NCBI GenBank assembly: GCA_002633005.1
Contig: NMRA01000045.1
Coordinates: 229,456 to 293,455 of the forward strand
Direction of reading: 5' to 3'
Length of the DNA stretch: 64,000 bases
Source of the DNA: Phoronis australis
Lineage: Eukaryota > Animalia > Phoronida
Positions within the stretch are counted from its first letter, which is position 1, and every line of letters begins with the position of its first letter. Positions 27,721 through 40,300 of the stretch are shown here, piece after piece. Below the pieces are notes generated by a model. The model saw only the letters and a list, made by a program, of their open reading frames with translations. It searched no databases and was not told where the DNA came from. Both the position numbers and the translations under genes were made by a program.

Positions 27721-29880
27721 ATTTTAAATTTATTTAACGATGACACAATACATGTTTAGCAAATTCGGCTAATACATCATGGTCCTCAAAGATTTTAAAA
27801 TCATCTCATTTATGGTTCAATGTTTTCATTCATCGGGCTTTCCGTAGTGGACAGCGAGTGCTGTTCCTAAAAGATTTTAAAGGGGCTCCTTATATGTTCA
27901 GCCTGTTGTGAGGAACGTCTTGACAGCTATGGATGCAGAGTACACCTACTTTTTGGAAACGTGGAGGTTGAGATTTGAAATCTTGTTTAGACGTGCACCA
28001 ACTTTAAAAATTGATTATTTCTGAACTATCGGCAAGCACCGTTATTGATTGTAAATATAACTATATCCATATGTAGTTTGACACGAAGAACTGAATTCAG
28101 ACCGCAATATTTTACTGGCGACTTACATCTAAACGTGAGGATACCCACCGTGTAATCATTTTTGTCTCTTGTTGAAAACAATCCTTGTCAAAGAACCGGG
28201 GATCGTTCCACGATGATGCGTAAGTTCAAAAATTGCGTTAAGTTGAACTCTGGAGGCAGCCATTTTTTGAGAACTAACAACTAGTCGGCTGCGGTCACCG
28301 GGTCATTAGAATAGCTGGTAACGGACATACAAAACAGGCAACAATTCTATGAGGAACGGGCCCCAATTTTCTTAAAAAAACACAATAATTTAACCGAATA
28401 ATTTGAACTAGGTTTCATTGAAAGTGGATTGTATGGATTCGAACAAAACCCGCCAACGTGGAAGTCAGCGATGTTTAATGTGAACATTTAATGCAATGTA
28501 TCGAAAGTGTTAATATAGCGAATTCCCTTATCTGCGAGCTGCAACACAAAAATAGAGCCTCATGAGACACGTGACTTCATGTCCATTAATAATAGAATGT
28601 CCAGTCTTTGTCTTTATATATATATGTATTTCAAACTAACGAACATTGACCAAAGAGCAATTTTAATTCACATTTTATTTTAAACGATAATAAAAAGAGA
28701 AAGTGCATGTTTTTATAACCCGAAAGGCCGACAGTCAGCTTTTTGGACTATCGACCTAGACCAGGTTTGAGCAAAATAATCGTGTACTTTTAAAGTGCAA
28801 AATATTTTCTATTTCCCCATCTATGCCTCCCATTTTTACGAGTACACGTTACGGTTTGACCTGTTGTTACCACCACTATTTCAGACAGCTTTGACGTCAT
28901 AGGGACAATGATATTTCCTTCAGCTTTTAAGCTGTATAAAACACGTTATATGCAGCCACTTTTATAAACTATTGGCTGGCCCTTCTCAAAGGCGATATTT
29001 TGTTGTTGCTTTGGCAAAATCAGTCAACCAGCCGGCAAATAAATGCGTGCTTTTATTTCCTTCCACCACAATGCCTTGAAGAAATTGTCACTCGTAACTA
29101 AGGTGGTAGACAGAACCTGTCGGCATCAGAAACTTTTGTTTTGCTCCTTTTGTGTGAAGCAGGACAATTACTGCATTAGCGATGACTTCAAGGCAGTACA
29201 ACATTGGCTGAAATAAGCCAAACTATCGTGGATTAAAACTGGAGTTTTTTCTATGAACTGGCTTCCGAAATCGAATTCTGAGTCCGTGAAAATGTTGTTA
29301 TTGTCGTTTGTGCTCGAAGAAATACGATAAATATTAGCCAAATACGATACCATTGTGGTGCTTACAAAGAGATGTGTGTTTACTGTAATGCAGTATACAC
29401 AATTGGTTTATGAGCTGTGAGCGTCAACAAAAGATTGCAAGAACGCTTTAACAATAAAAAACTTGTTACCTGATCCTGGAAACTCCTTTCGTGTGGAGTT
29501 GAAACTGTACGCTGTACATTTTTGACTATACCATAAAACTACTCATGTTAAAAACATGGAAAGCACACAGGGACACATCTATAAATTCGACCTGGTACAT
29601 TTTATAGAATTTCATTCACAAAATCCAAGACAGAAGACGTTAAGTGTGTGAATAGTTTTCCTCCGTGTGACAAATACCATGCAAACTCATGAAATATGAC
29701 GTCGCTTTCGTAAAATGCAACAATGGTAGATTTCTCGCATGTACATTCGACGTAAATTATAACAATTACATAAAATGCAACAACTTGTTACTTTTTAGGA
29801 GAGGCCTAGCAACGTAAAATGTAACGACATAAAATGTACCAGTTGTTACATTTTACGAAATTGTTACAATTTACGGCGTA
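27444..29880. mobile_element. ~2.4-kb non-autonomous DNA transposon with ~31-bp TIRs and subterminal AAAATGYAAC repeats
   Basis: Left TACGCCGTAAAATGTAACAATTTCGTAAAAT, right ATTTTACGAAATTGTTACAATTTACGGCGTA (one mismatch). TSD not recognisable; no intact transposase. Confidence 0.75.
27686..27718. repeat. (TTA)n microsatellite
   Basis: About 10 TTA units visible directly. Confidence 0.9.
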
Positions 29881-30465
29881 AAAACCTATTCGCGCCGCCT
29901 GTACAGCTTTATCCAGATCAATGCTTTATTTTCGTAAATTTTGCTCGCAGGCAACTTTGTAGGCCTATGTCTGGGACATGAGTCATTAAAATCACGGTTT
30001 TATAGATCTTATTAGGTCAAAAAGGCGTACATGTTATTTCTGGTCCGTATCTCGACTCAGAATGAGACTTGCGCTCATCGAACAAATAAAACGCCTGCCC
30101 GGATCAAATTTAGCTAAGGTCTGGTGTTTTTTTAAAGCTACACAACAGACTGTAAGCGAGATTTGAACGGTCATGATTTGGCAACTGTTGAGTAAAAAAA
30201 CCCGCATCATTTTTGTCAATCTCTCTTTTTTAAAAGTGATCAACTACAAAATACCGCACCATCTTATCGATTTTTAAAAAAAGAGAGACCAGTACCAGCT
30301 ATACTTTCTAGCCTTATCCATTCTTGTTACTTTTGGATCAAGTGTGAGTTAGCGTCCCATATAAATGAATGCAGACATACACGACAAAACTGCACACTGG
30401 TAACAAAAGGAAGTTTGCACGAGCACCCGATATTGCAGATGATTTCAGTCGCACATTTTAATTCG

Positions 30466-31315
30466 CATCGAAACCCATGATGGCTACGGCAAAATACTAA
30501 AAACTACCGGCTTAACGAACCCCGAAGGTAAGGTGGGGTGAAGAAAATTGTTGATTTGCGTTAAAAAGACTGGAGTGGTTCGCTTGTTAAGACGGAAGAG
30601 CAAAGTGATGTTGGCATTTAGCAACTGTAGTAGAGAAAGAAATTTTGTTGAATTTGCCTTTCAGTTTGTCTCAGTGTCTGCGGTATTTGAGATTTTGCCG
30701 AATTGTTATAAAGAAATGCCACGTGTATGTCGATAATTCAAGAAGATAACGTAGATTTTCCTCTCTAATGGAAAGTATGTAGGAGCCTAACTTCCGTGGC
30801 ATCGAAAACCCACGAAATCACATAAACAAACAGTAAAAATACTTAACTAGCATGGAGGGTAGCCGGATAGAGTGAACTATTGGTTATAGACGAAGAAAAC
30901 AACTGATTTATCTAAAAAGCGCAGAGTAAATATAAAAATACAAGTTAGCATTTTACAGCCGGGGGTGGCAGTTAAAGAAAAAACAATTTCATTGATTTTG
31001 TCTTTTAGTTGGAAATTTCGCAGTTATTTTGAATTGTAATTAAGGAATTTGAGAGCTTTGTCAGTGATCAACAGTGATTACAACATAGGTTGTGCTCCCT
31101 TCAATAATTCGCTAGCAAAGTTTTAGTTGTCATCGAAACCAACGAAATCACGGGAAACAGTAAAAAATTAACAAAACTGGTGGGGTGAAGAAATTTATTG
31201 CTGCGAAGAAAACAAGGTATTTGTCGGAAGAGTGAAAATGAAAAAAAGTGGTGGGATGGCAGGGGGTTTAGTAAACATTGGTTCGCAAATTTGGTTGAAT
31301 TTGTCTTTCAGTTTG
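30466..31315. repeat. Three diverged copies of a ~332-bp module
   Basis: CATCGAAA at 30466, 30800, 31131; TTGAATTTGYCTTTCAGTT-like block at 30641, 30985, 31288; shared internal blocks. Confidence 0.7.
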
Positions 31316-31789
31316 ATGTCACCGTTACGGTTATTTCAAATGTAGTAAAGAAGTTTAAGGGCTGTGCCTTTATTAATGGGATGTAGATATATCGAGTAGC
31401 CACTCGCATTTCTGTTTTGTTCGAACGGTCATCACAACGGTATGAATTTTTTAATGACGGAATGTATAGCACTTCCCGCCACCTGGTGGAGACCAGTTTC
31501 GCCTTGCCTTGTGATCGGTGAACTTGAACTCTACTGGGACCGCTTCACCACGCTGGATCCACAAGTCATCTGTCGGGAAAACCCTTACTACAAAGCGATT
31601 CAAGAAATATCTGCTGGACTCCGTTTCTTACGCATGCACCTTCAACACTCCCATCGAATAAAGACTTCAAAATCAATTTAACAAAATAGGTAGTGAACAT
31701 AACAAATCGATTTCACACACCAATTGGGATATTACAAAGGGGGGTCCAACTCAATTTTTCTTAAGTGTTGGCGTGACCCCTAAAGCGAA

Positions 31790-31861
31790 CATGTCGGCGG
31801 CGTCGGGGGGAGGATGGCGGACACCGGTTGCACGCCCCCACTCGCACCAAATCCGCCTATG
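31790..31861. mobile_element. 72-bp mini-MITE of the 5-bp-TSD family
   Basis: Right end AAATCCGCCTATG is the reverse complement of the 11781 left TIR; degenerate left end CATGTCGGCGG; GCGAA on both flanks. Confidence 0.7.
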
Positions 31862-34166
31862 GCGAACGTGCTTATTACGTCGTAATTGAGAGCTATTGAA
31901 ATACCTCAGGGACTCAGTTTCACCGTTTGATGCGGCTTTTGACAAGCACATTTTTTCGAAATCTGGGAGCCAAAACCCACTAAGTATCTGTAGCGCTAAA
32001 TTTTGGAAAAAATCACGTTTCGCGTAACTTAAACTTCTCATAACTGCTTGTCACCGATTCATTATAAACAAAACTGAAAACCGTGAACCCCGAGTTATTT
32101 GAACACCATCACACCTCGGGTTTATGTGTTCTCACGTCAATAAAATATGTTTGAAAATACACAAAACACAAAAACCCAGACGTTCGGTGAAAGCTGCGTT
32201 CAACAAACATTTATTTTGCAAAATACCGCTTTTGGAAAACTGTAATCATCATGTCTACCAAAATAGAAAAAAATCTTGGAAAGTACTTCCAGACGACTTC
32301 GCAACATAGAGGACAAATACGCAATTTTTTGTCCAGAAGCTGAATCCCAGCGCGGGATCAGAAAACATCAAACTCTAGGTCTAGGTGAAGATTCTGGTAA
32401 CCGAGACAGCAATTTGATCCCTGGCTATGGAGCATTTTCAGCGGGCACGTGTGTGTTTGGGTGCACATTTTAGGCTGTGTCTAGGATTTATTGGGGTTTG
32501 AAGTCTGCTGGTTTGGGAGCTGGGGTTCATGGGATCCTAGCTGAAATTTACAAGTCCAAGATAAAAGTGCATTATAAAGAAATGTCTAAAAATAGTTTCA
32601 GGACAGCAGAAACTACAAAACAGTACATCAGTACAAAATGCTGAAAGACCAATAAAATGTCCTGGATTGATCACCCTCGTTTTGAAATTATACAGCAACC
32701 TTATAGGCATGGACTTAAGACTCATGCCCTTGTACAAGTAAGTGAAGATGCGCCAGATTTAGGTACATTAGGTGTGAAACATTCACAAAGTTCAAAAAAA
32801 CATGGGAGTTAACTTTGACTTATCTGTTACAAAAGGGTTGTGCTGTTTCACTGATTCATTAGTTTGCTGTGTTTACTTATCATCCACATGGCAGGAAGAT
32901 ACTGGCTTTCAGACAGCTGCACAAGGATACAATGGCAAAAAGACATAAAAAAATTTGAAAAACCAACTGGATTAAAGAGACTAGTCTATGTGATATTTGA
33001 GAGAAATAGTACCAATTTACTTTTGGTCCTTCCACTGTAGTTAGAGTTAAAAGGTTTAGATGTGGTCATCTAATGCTCAGCTCCTGACTAGAGCAACAAA
33101 CAACTTAGCACTAAATCAGTATCCTGTTCTATAATTCAGTCAATGTGTGACTGATTTTCAAGTCAAGAGAGATTTGGTAAGGATGAAACCTAACAAATTT
33201 TATTTTCGAAAAACTACTATGTTTTTCAGTCATACCCATGTTGTTTAAAATTGACGAATGCCATTCAGCGACAGCAAAACAAAAGCAGTCATGAGATGTA
33301 TCATCATAATTTATAATTTATGAACTGGTGGCTACACTTGCTTCACTGAAGTTTTCACTCACCAGGTGGTGCTCTGTGCACTTAAATGTCACAAGTAACA
33401 TGGCCTTAAATGGATCACATTAAAATGCTTAATTGAGACTTCTGGAGCAGTGGTGAAGTCGAAGCACTTCAAGAGAAAGGTATGGGAATTGGTTTTCAGC
33501 AGAGCAATCAATTTCTTTCAAGGTTTGGATTTAGTGCTGCCACAACAGAGGGCAGTATTTCTAAACACCAACTCCTGGTGAGTAAAAACAATAACTGTAA
33601 CCTTGTCTTGTAATAAATAACTATCGCTGACCATACATCTATGCATTCAAGGTAGGTCAATTACCCCATAGATCATAGACAACAGATTTGCAACTATTTA
33701 GAGTGTTTGCATGAGAAATTTTGAGATACATTTTACTCCCCGGCAGTACAAAATTCAAATATTTCAACACTGAAAAGCCATTCAACATCTCTCTTTAGTA
33801 GAATTCTTGGTGTTGTGTGTAACTTTGGCAACAGTTGAGAACGTGCAATTAAAAAATTCAAACTCTAACGCCAAACTCCATCTAGTTACTTTTACAAACC
33901 TTGTAAATGTACATACCGGACGTAAAACGGTGCAACTATTGAATAAAGACATTGCAGCTAGTGCGCACGATCACAGTTGGCAGTTCATGTACTTCAGTCT
34001 ATGGTTTCACAAAACACATTTTTTCTAAATACAATATGTTATTCAAACAGGAATACGTTTTTTTGAGAACAAAAGTAGCACATGGTAGCGATAAAACTCT
34101 CTAGATGAAACAGCAGAATGTTTCTTGTACTGTAGTCAAACACAACAAGTCAGTTCTCCATCCTGA

Positions 34167-34388
34167 TCAGAATGAAGTAAGAGTTGTTACTTGTATCCTC
34201 CGTGGTTTCTTTTCAGACTGTGAATCAGTGCTAGCCGTCTGTTTTGTTTGGGGTGTACTGTCTCTGTGTTCAGCCTTGTATTCATGTAAGGCTGAGGTGT
34301 CACTCGGTGTGTCTAATCTTAATTTCAGTTGATCGTCGTAACTATTCAACGGTGGACGCTCCTCATGTCTGTTAGATTCTGTGTTGTC
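34167..34388 (-). CDS. CHAF1B: CHAF1B terminal coding exon
   Basis: TTCTTAG acceptor, 74 codons ending [13 protein letters not shown]-stop. Confidence 0.82.
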   Translation of the reverse strand, partial: DNTESNRHEERPPLNSYDDQLKLRLDTPSDTSALHEYKAEHRDSTPQTKQTASTDSQSEKKPRRIQVTTLTSF

Positions 34389-37300
34389 CTAAGAATGAGG
34401 TGATTAATGACAGAATAAGTTGTTTACATTTTTCATAACTTATAGCAACATGGAGGTGATGATGCTTGCTGCCAGATAGCGAAGACAAACACATGTATAC
34501 AGCACCAGCTTTGACTAATTTCCAATGCATAATTGGAATATGCTCACTAGGTGTCAGTACTGTGTATACATTTGATGGTTGGTGCGTCATTAGGTGTTGC
34601 AACTACCACAGGTAAGGTTTTGATGTGCAAGATTCAAGCCAAATTATGCTACACAAAGTTTTTATTGTAACCCTGTGTCTGTAAATTTACAGACAGGTTA
34701 CATGTCTAGTAGGCCACTTTCATCATGGTGGAAAATTTGGTACGAGTAGGAGGCATACGATGCAAGCTCACCAATTTTGAACAAAAGAAATTGACTGCAT
34801 TGTCCTTTTTTGTTTTTTCAAAAGCTTCTTATATTGACCCCAATTTAAAAAAAAAATATTGCGTAATGATAGCTTCAGTACAGAAAAGTTGAATTTGTAA
34901 AAGGATCCCACTGATATGCTACTTATCTTTCGCAAAAAAATGAGAAAGTAAGTTTCATTGTGTCTTAACATGGTATGACTTTACCGTGCACTGCAGTACA
35001 CTTTCATCTTTGAGAAGGGTATTCTTTGGGAGTGAATATGGGCAAATTTCACATGTTGTCAATATATTGTACAATCACCAGCTAGAGGGCAGCAGGATTG
35101 ACCAGTCACCGTTGCTCAAAGTGGCTGTAAACCGTCACAAAAACCAACTTTTGATTTCGACCACTTTCAAAAATTGGTCTCAAATTGTTCCTTAGCCAAA
35201 CTAAAGGAGATTTCTTGGCTGGGAAAGAACCGACAGTTTATTATTGCTAGAGACGAGGTTCTACAGGTTAGCATAATGCTGAGCACAATCTCAAGCAATT
35301 ATAAACTGTCGGATATTTCTAAGCCCAGAGAGTGTGTTAGGAACAAGTTATCAGTTTTACACATCGCGTGATTGGTCCAAAACAAAAGTTTATTTCTTTG
35401 ACGGAACGTGGGTTTATAAGCACTTTGACAAAGTTAATGTTCACTCTTTCTTAAAAGTTTACGATATTTCATGGCCAAAATGTTACATTCTGATAGTGAA
35501 AAATTTCAAAAGGTATGTTGTGTCCAAGTTTTGTTCATCATCATTAGCACAAATTGGGTTCATAAGCTGAAATGCTGATTTCGTTTTCTAAAGCGCAAGT
35601 TCAAAAACTGATTAGTTTGTTTTCATTAGCTGCTCTCCAATGTGCAATAAAGCTTTCTTATATGCAACTGCAGTTTTTATGCTTGCAGAGATGTCACCCA
35701 CTTAAAGGAGTACTTCATCACTGTTTAACTGTCAATGTTGAGTTTTTACCCGAAGCCCTTTAGAATTTGAAAATATTATCAAGCTCCTCTGATCTTGAAT
35801 TGAGACTGTAACGCATACATGCATCATTTTCCAATTCGTAATTTTATGGTTAGCCAACGCCAATACACTCTTAAGCTTTTTCTCGAATCACTGCTTTTGT
35901 TGGTAATGAGAATAGAATCCTACCATGGAAAGAAATATTATGAGACTGATTTTATGAGTAAAGAGCTTAATTCTAATTTCATTTTTTAATGAGCTAAACA
36001 GGCCGAAATGCTGATTTGATGCTGCTCTGATACTATTCGGCCAACTTTACAGTGAACCTTCCACAGCTTACCTCTACCTCCATTTTCTCTTCTTGTTTGT
36101 CTGTGGTCAATGACGACAGCGTTGTGAGAGCTATTCTTCGAGGAACTGATCCACCAGGTGGGGCAGCAGTAGGGCTATCGGAGGTCACTGGGGTGAGGGT
36201 GATGCGGCGCTTCTCTTTAAAACCAGAACTGAAAGCAGAACAATTTAATTTGATGATAAACTTTTGACTGAAGCATTCCCAGTCACTGCTAATCACTGAC
36301 AAGCCAGGTAGAATTGTTTACCTCATGGCATCATGACAGATCAAAATGTTGGAGTGTCTTAAGTTTATTGTCTAGAAAAAATCAACTTTTGTAGGAAATT
36401 ATTTTCAAGACATTAATAAAGTCCACTGGGACAGTTTCTCTGGCATGAGCACACAAAGTTCTTCAACTCTCTTTCTCAGCCTATCACCTGCTATGGTTGG
36501 TATCAATTTACAGTCAACTATAACAATGTATCTTAAAGGGGAATTATCACTTCTAATGCCTAAATGCATTTTTGGAATTATTGTTAGACAGAACAGACTT
36601 ATTGAACAACTAGGAAAGCCTTGATCAGAGCTATAAAGCAACAAAATCCGATGTTTTTCTGGTTTTATTATACAAATTGATAGCAGGACATTAAGACTGT
36701 GACCACGAGCGTCGCAGGTTCAATTCCACACCGAGGCTGATCTCAGATAATCACATTTCTCGCCAGTAATGTCTCTTTAATAAGGACAATGCTAAAGAAG
36801 ACAAGACGGCAGTGCAGCGAAAGTAGGTTATGAACTTGAGGCCTTTCAATTTCAAGATCACTGCACTAAACATTGAGTCACATAGCTGTTGGGATCATAA
36901 GTTTCAAACAAAAATTCACTTCACCGAAGAAATCTGGCTGACTACCATATTGTTATGTCAAATACAGCATAAAAAATTCAGAGTCATGATCTCACTTTTA
37001 CCTTTTAGGAGTCGAATCTGTCACAACAGTGGCTGGAATAGTAGTCCTCTCGTCTGCAGATTTTATTTCTACGTCTGCTACTTTGGACGACTGGAAATGG
37101 ATGATTCAATGAGAAAAGAAGGTTAGAAATACATTTTCCAACTGATACATTAATCCAGATCAACACATTCAAAAGTGAAAGGTTTCAAAGAGATTTAATG
37201 CTTTGGCCACAAAATACGTTTTCTTAAGCAAAATAATTTTCAGTGAAGTTAATCTTTTGAATTATAATCCGAAAACACACTTTATCAGTCAAAACATGTC

Positions 37301-40300
37301 ATTGAAATAGGATTTTTTTGAAGATGTAACGTTTGTTACCAGTCATCATCGCCGAGCCTCAAGAGACTAACCTTCGCAGTTGGAGTTTTGACCTTCTCCA
37401 TTTTGTGTTCATGTTCAACTAGTTTCTTGGCAGCCACAGTTTTGTATTTTGACGGTGTCCCCAGTTCACCTTCGCTAAACGTGATTAGAGTGCAGTAGCC
37501 ATCAGTTGACGACACAATGAGTATACGCCCATCATCAGACCTGAAAGAGTTTTTGATTACTACTAATTCTACTCGAGACAGAAACAGATTTTCATTTTCA
37601 GGGAATAAGTCCCATGATCACAGTATGACAGTCTTAATATCCAAACAGAAAGATCCAAATACTTCATAAGCATTGTAAATACACTAATCCAAGACGACCA
37701 ATCTGTGCCTCCCTGAGCATTTTTTATGTCAGCAGACGTACATGCCAAAGGTTATGCCACAGCACTCGCCAGATGTCACTAGCAATAATGGAAGCTCTCA
37801 AGGAGGCTCCTACGGTGAATTCGGTACAATATTTCACTGCACACATCATTGCCGGTCTCACGCTTTAAGAATATAGTTGCCACACTATAGTCTCAAGACA
37901 GAACACGCCTGAGGAAGATTTTCTTACCAAGAGAGATCACTGAGAGTGTGGTAGTGTATGTTGGCAATGTAGCCAAACGGACAGGGCTGCTGTGTGTCAT
38001 ACAACAGCACTGAATCCTCGGTGGCTACAGCAAACACCACTCTGTAGGGAAGACTGAACATAGATTCATGCTTCTCCCATTCTTTCTTCTCCTCGGCTTC
38101 ATCCTTTTCACCATCTCCTTGATAAAGTTTATTAAAACAAATACGATAATTAACGGGAAACATGATGTTCACTACCAGATGCTAAGAAATTCCCTAATCT
38201 TTTTCATAGAGCAAAATGCTGTTCACTAGCTTCCTATTTTTAGGCAGCATATCATTTTGCAAGAACCAACTGATGAAATCTTGCAAATGATCGCTTCAGC
38301 ATCATCTCAAAAGAGAGCGCTCAGTTACTTGTTATCTGAACATACCAAAGGTACCTTCCATTAGAAGTTCTATTTTTGCATAACTTTTGTACATCAGTTA
38401 CAATCCATTTTAAGAACCAATGACCAAATGTTGACGGAACAGTGCCCCATTGACTAACAAATAAACAGGAAGGTTCACCCATACCCTTTTCATCTTTATC
38501 TTGATTCTTGTTGACAGGTCGGAGGTCAAATAGTACAGGGCAGCAACGAACAGCCAGGGTAGCCTTCTGAGGGCCTGGCAGATGCAGACACGGTCTAGAA
38601 ACATTGCATAATATTCAAAGTTGTAGTTGAACATCAGCTGTGAGTCACACATCCAATGAGAGAATGGTAACTTATTACAAGCGGAACATGAAGACATTTC
38701 TTCAGTGAATGAATTGTAAATCAGCCCCATGTCAGCGATTTTAACATGTTGTCAGCTGAACAATGAAATATTGTCACTACTGTTTCTCAAAAGGAAAATC
38801 TCGTCCCAGCTCTCAGAGACACATTGCACTTGATGCGGTCAATGATATTTGTTACGCGTCCCAAAGGTTGCCATTGATCAGGCACCCAAATCTTGACAAA
38901 TTAATACGCTATTCTTTGATTTTAAAAGGGTTATCAAATTCACATGGATGAGGTGAGGGAAAGAATTGGTGTAAAGTGATATAGAAAGAAATCAATTTTC
39001 TAATTTCTTTGGGTTATACCAAGAAGTACTTTGATTACATATTTTAGTTGTCTTTGACAATTATTAATCATTTTTATGATAAAAGTTTCTTTTGTAATAT
39101 CTAAATTGCAACTACCACAATACTTTGTGGTTAACATTAATTTTAATTTTAGCATAATTTTAATAAACCTGATATGTACACTCACTTGGAAAGGCTGCCT
39201 CTAGTGAACACATAAGTTGTGTTGACGACCTGATCTCCCTGTTCCATGATACCGCCTGGAATGAGTAACAGCTCGCCATCTGGTGTGAAAGTCAGGCGAC
39301 GGAAAAATGAGCGCATGGTGTCGTCGTGGAAGAGTCGAAAAGATTTATCTTTTTTCTCCGTCTCTTGACTTGCCTCTCCAGCAGAAACTGTGAGCTTGGA
39401 GATGTTGTTCACGCAGTTCCGGTTTTTAACGCTATACACTCTGCACGACCTTAAAATTCATCAAGAATTGATTATTATTTCTAGTATGCATAGACTTTCA
39501 GAAAACCCGTTGCAGAATTGTAAAGGGTACCTTTATCACAGTCTAAAAGTGGCTAAGATAAGCTCAGGGGCCCCTTCCAACAAAACTGACTTAGCTAAGA
39601 CAAATCTTAAATTTTAGTAAATTTTAAGATAAAACTTAAATTTGCCTGTAGACTGTTTCAAGAAAGAGGTATTAAGTTTGAATTAAGTTTTTGATAAAAG
39701 TTTTGTCTTAATTTTAACTATCTTACCGGATGTGGAAGTTTCAAAGTATGGAAGTTAAGAAAAATCTAAGACTTAAGTCAAAAATGAACTTAAGTCAGTT
39801 TCTTGGACCTTGTCCCTGATCTGAAAAGTTTAAAACATCACCAGTAGCAGAGGGTTCATTGTAGATACTTCTAGGAATCAATTTTATTACCATTAACCAT
39901 GGAGCCCAAAATTCGAATGATGCTTATGCAATACTTGGTTCTCACAATACACCGCAACATATTATAATGAATCAACAGCACGATGCGCATACTAAAGATG
40001 GACCCTCATCAGCTCCGCTTTAAGAAGGCACCAAAACCATCCTTTTTATTCGACAAACGTCAAAATTTGGCTACAAATCCCCAAGATTTTTTAATATTAC
40101 CACATGTTGTATTTGACCCACCCTGTGAGCAGCACAGAAAACTTGAAAGATAAAGTGACATTTTTATGGATTGATATGGTATCACATGTGTAAAGGATTG
40201 TGGAAAACACTTTGCATCAGATGAAACTTACATTTCTAGCCCATAGGTGGCAGTAGTGAAAGATAACCTACCCAGTTCTACTCACACATGCCTATTTCGT

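Noticed and set aside
31788-31800. AACATGTCGGCGG identical to 46921-46933 at the POLQ promoter
   Set aside because: At 31788 it is explained by the TSD plus the left end of the 72-bp MITE; a single 13-mer match is insufficient evidence of a promoter.
36690-36882. Degenerate tRNA-like box remnants on both strands (similar traces near 16270, 53420, 59400)
   Set aside because: Only partial A or B boxes; consistent with old SINE debris, but coordinates cannot be supported.
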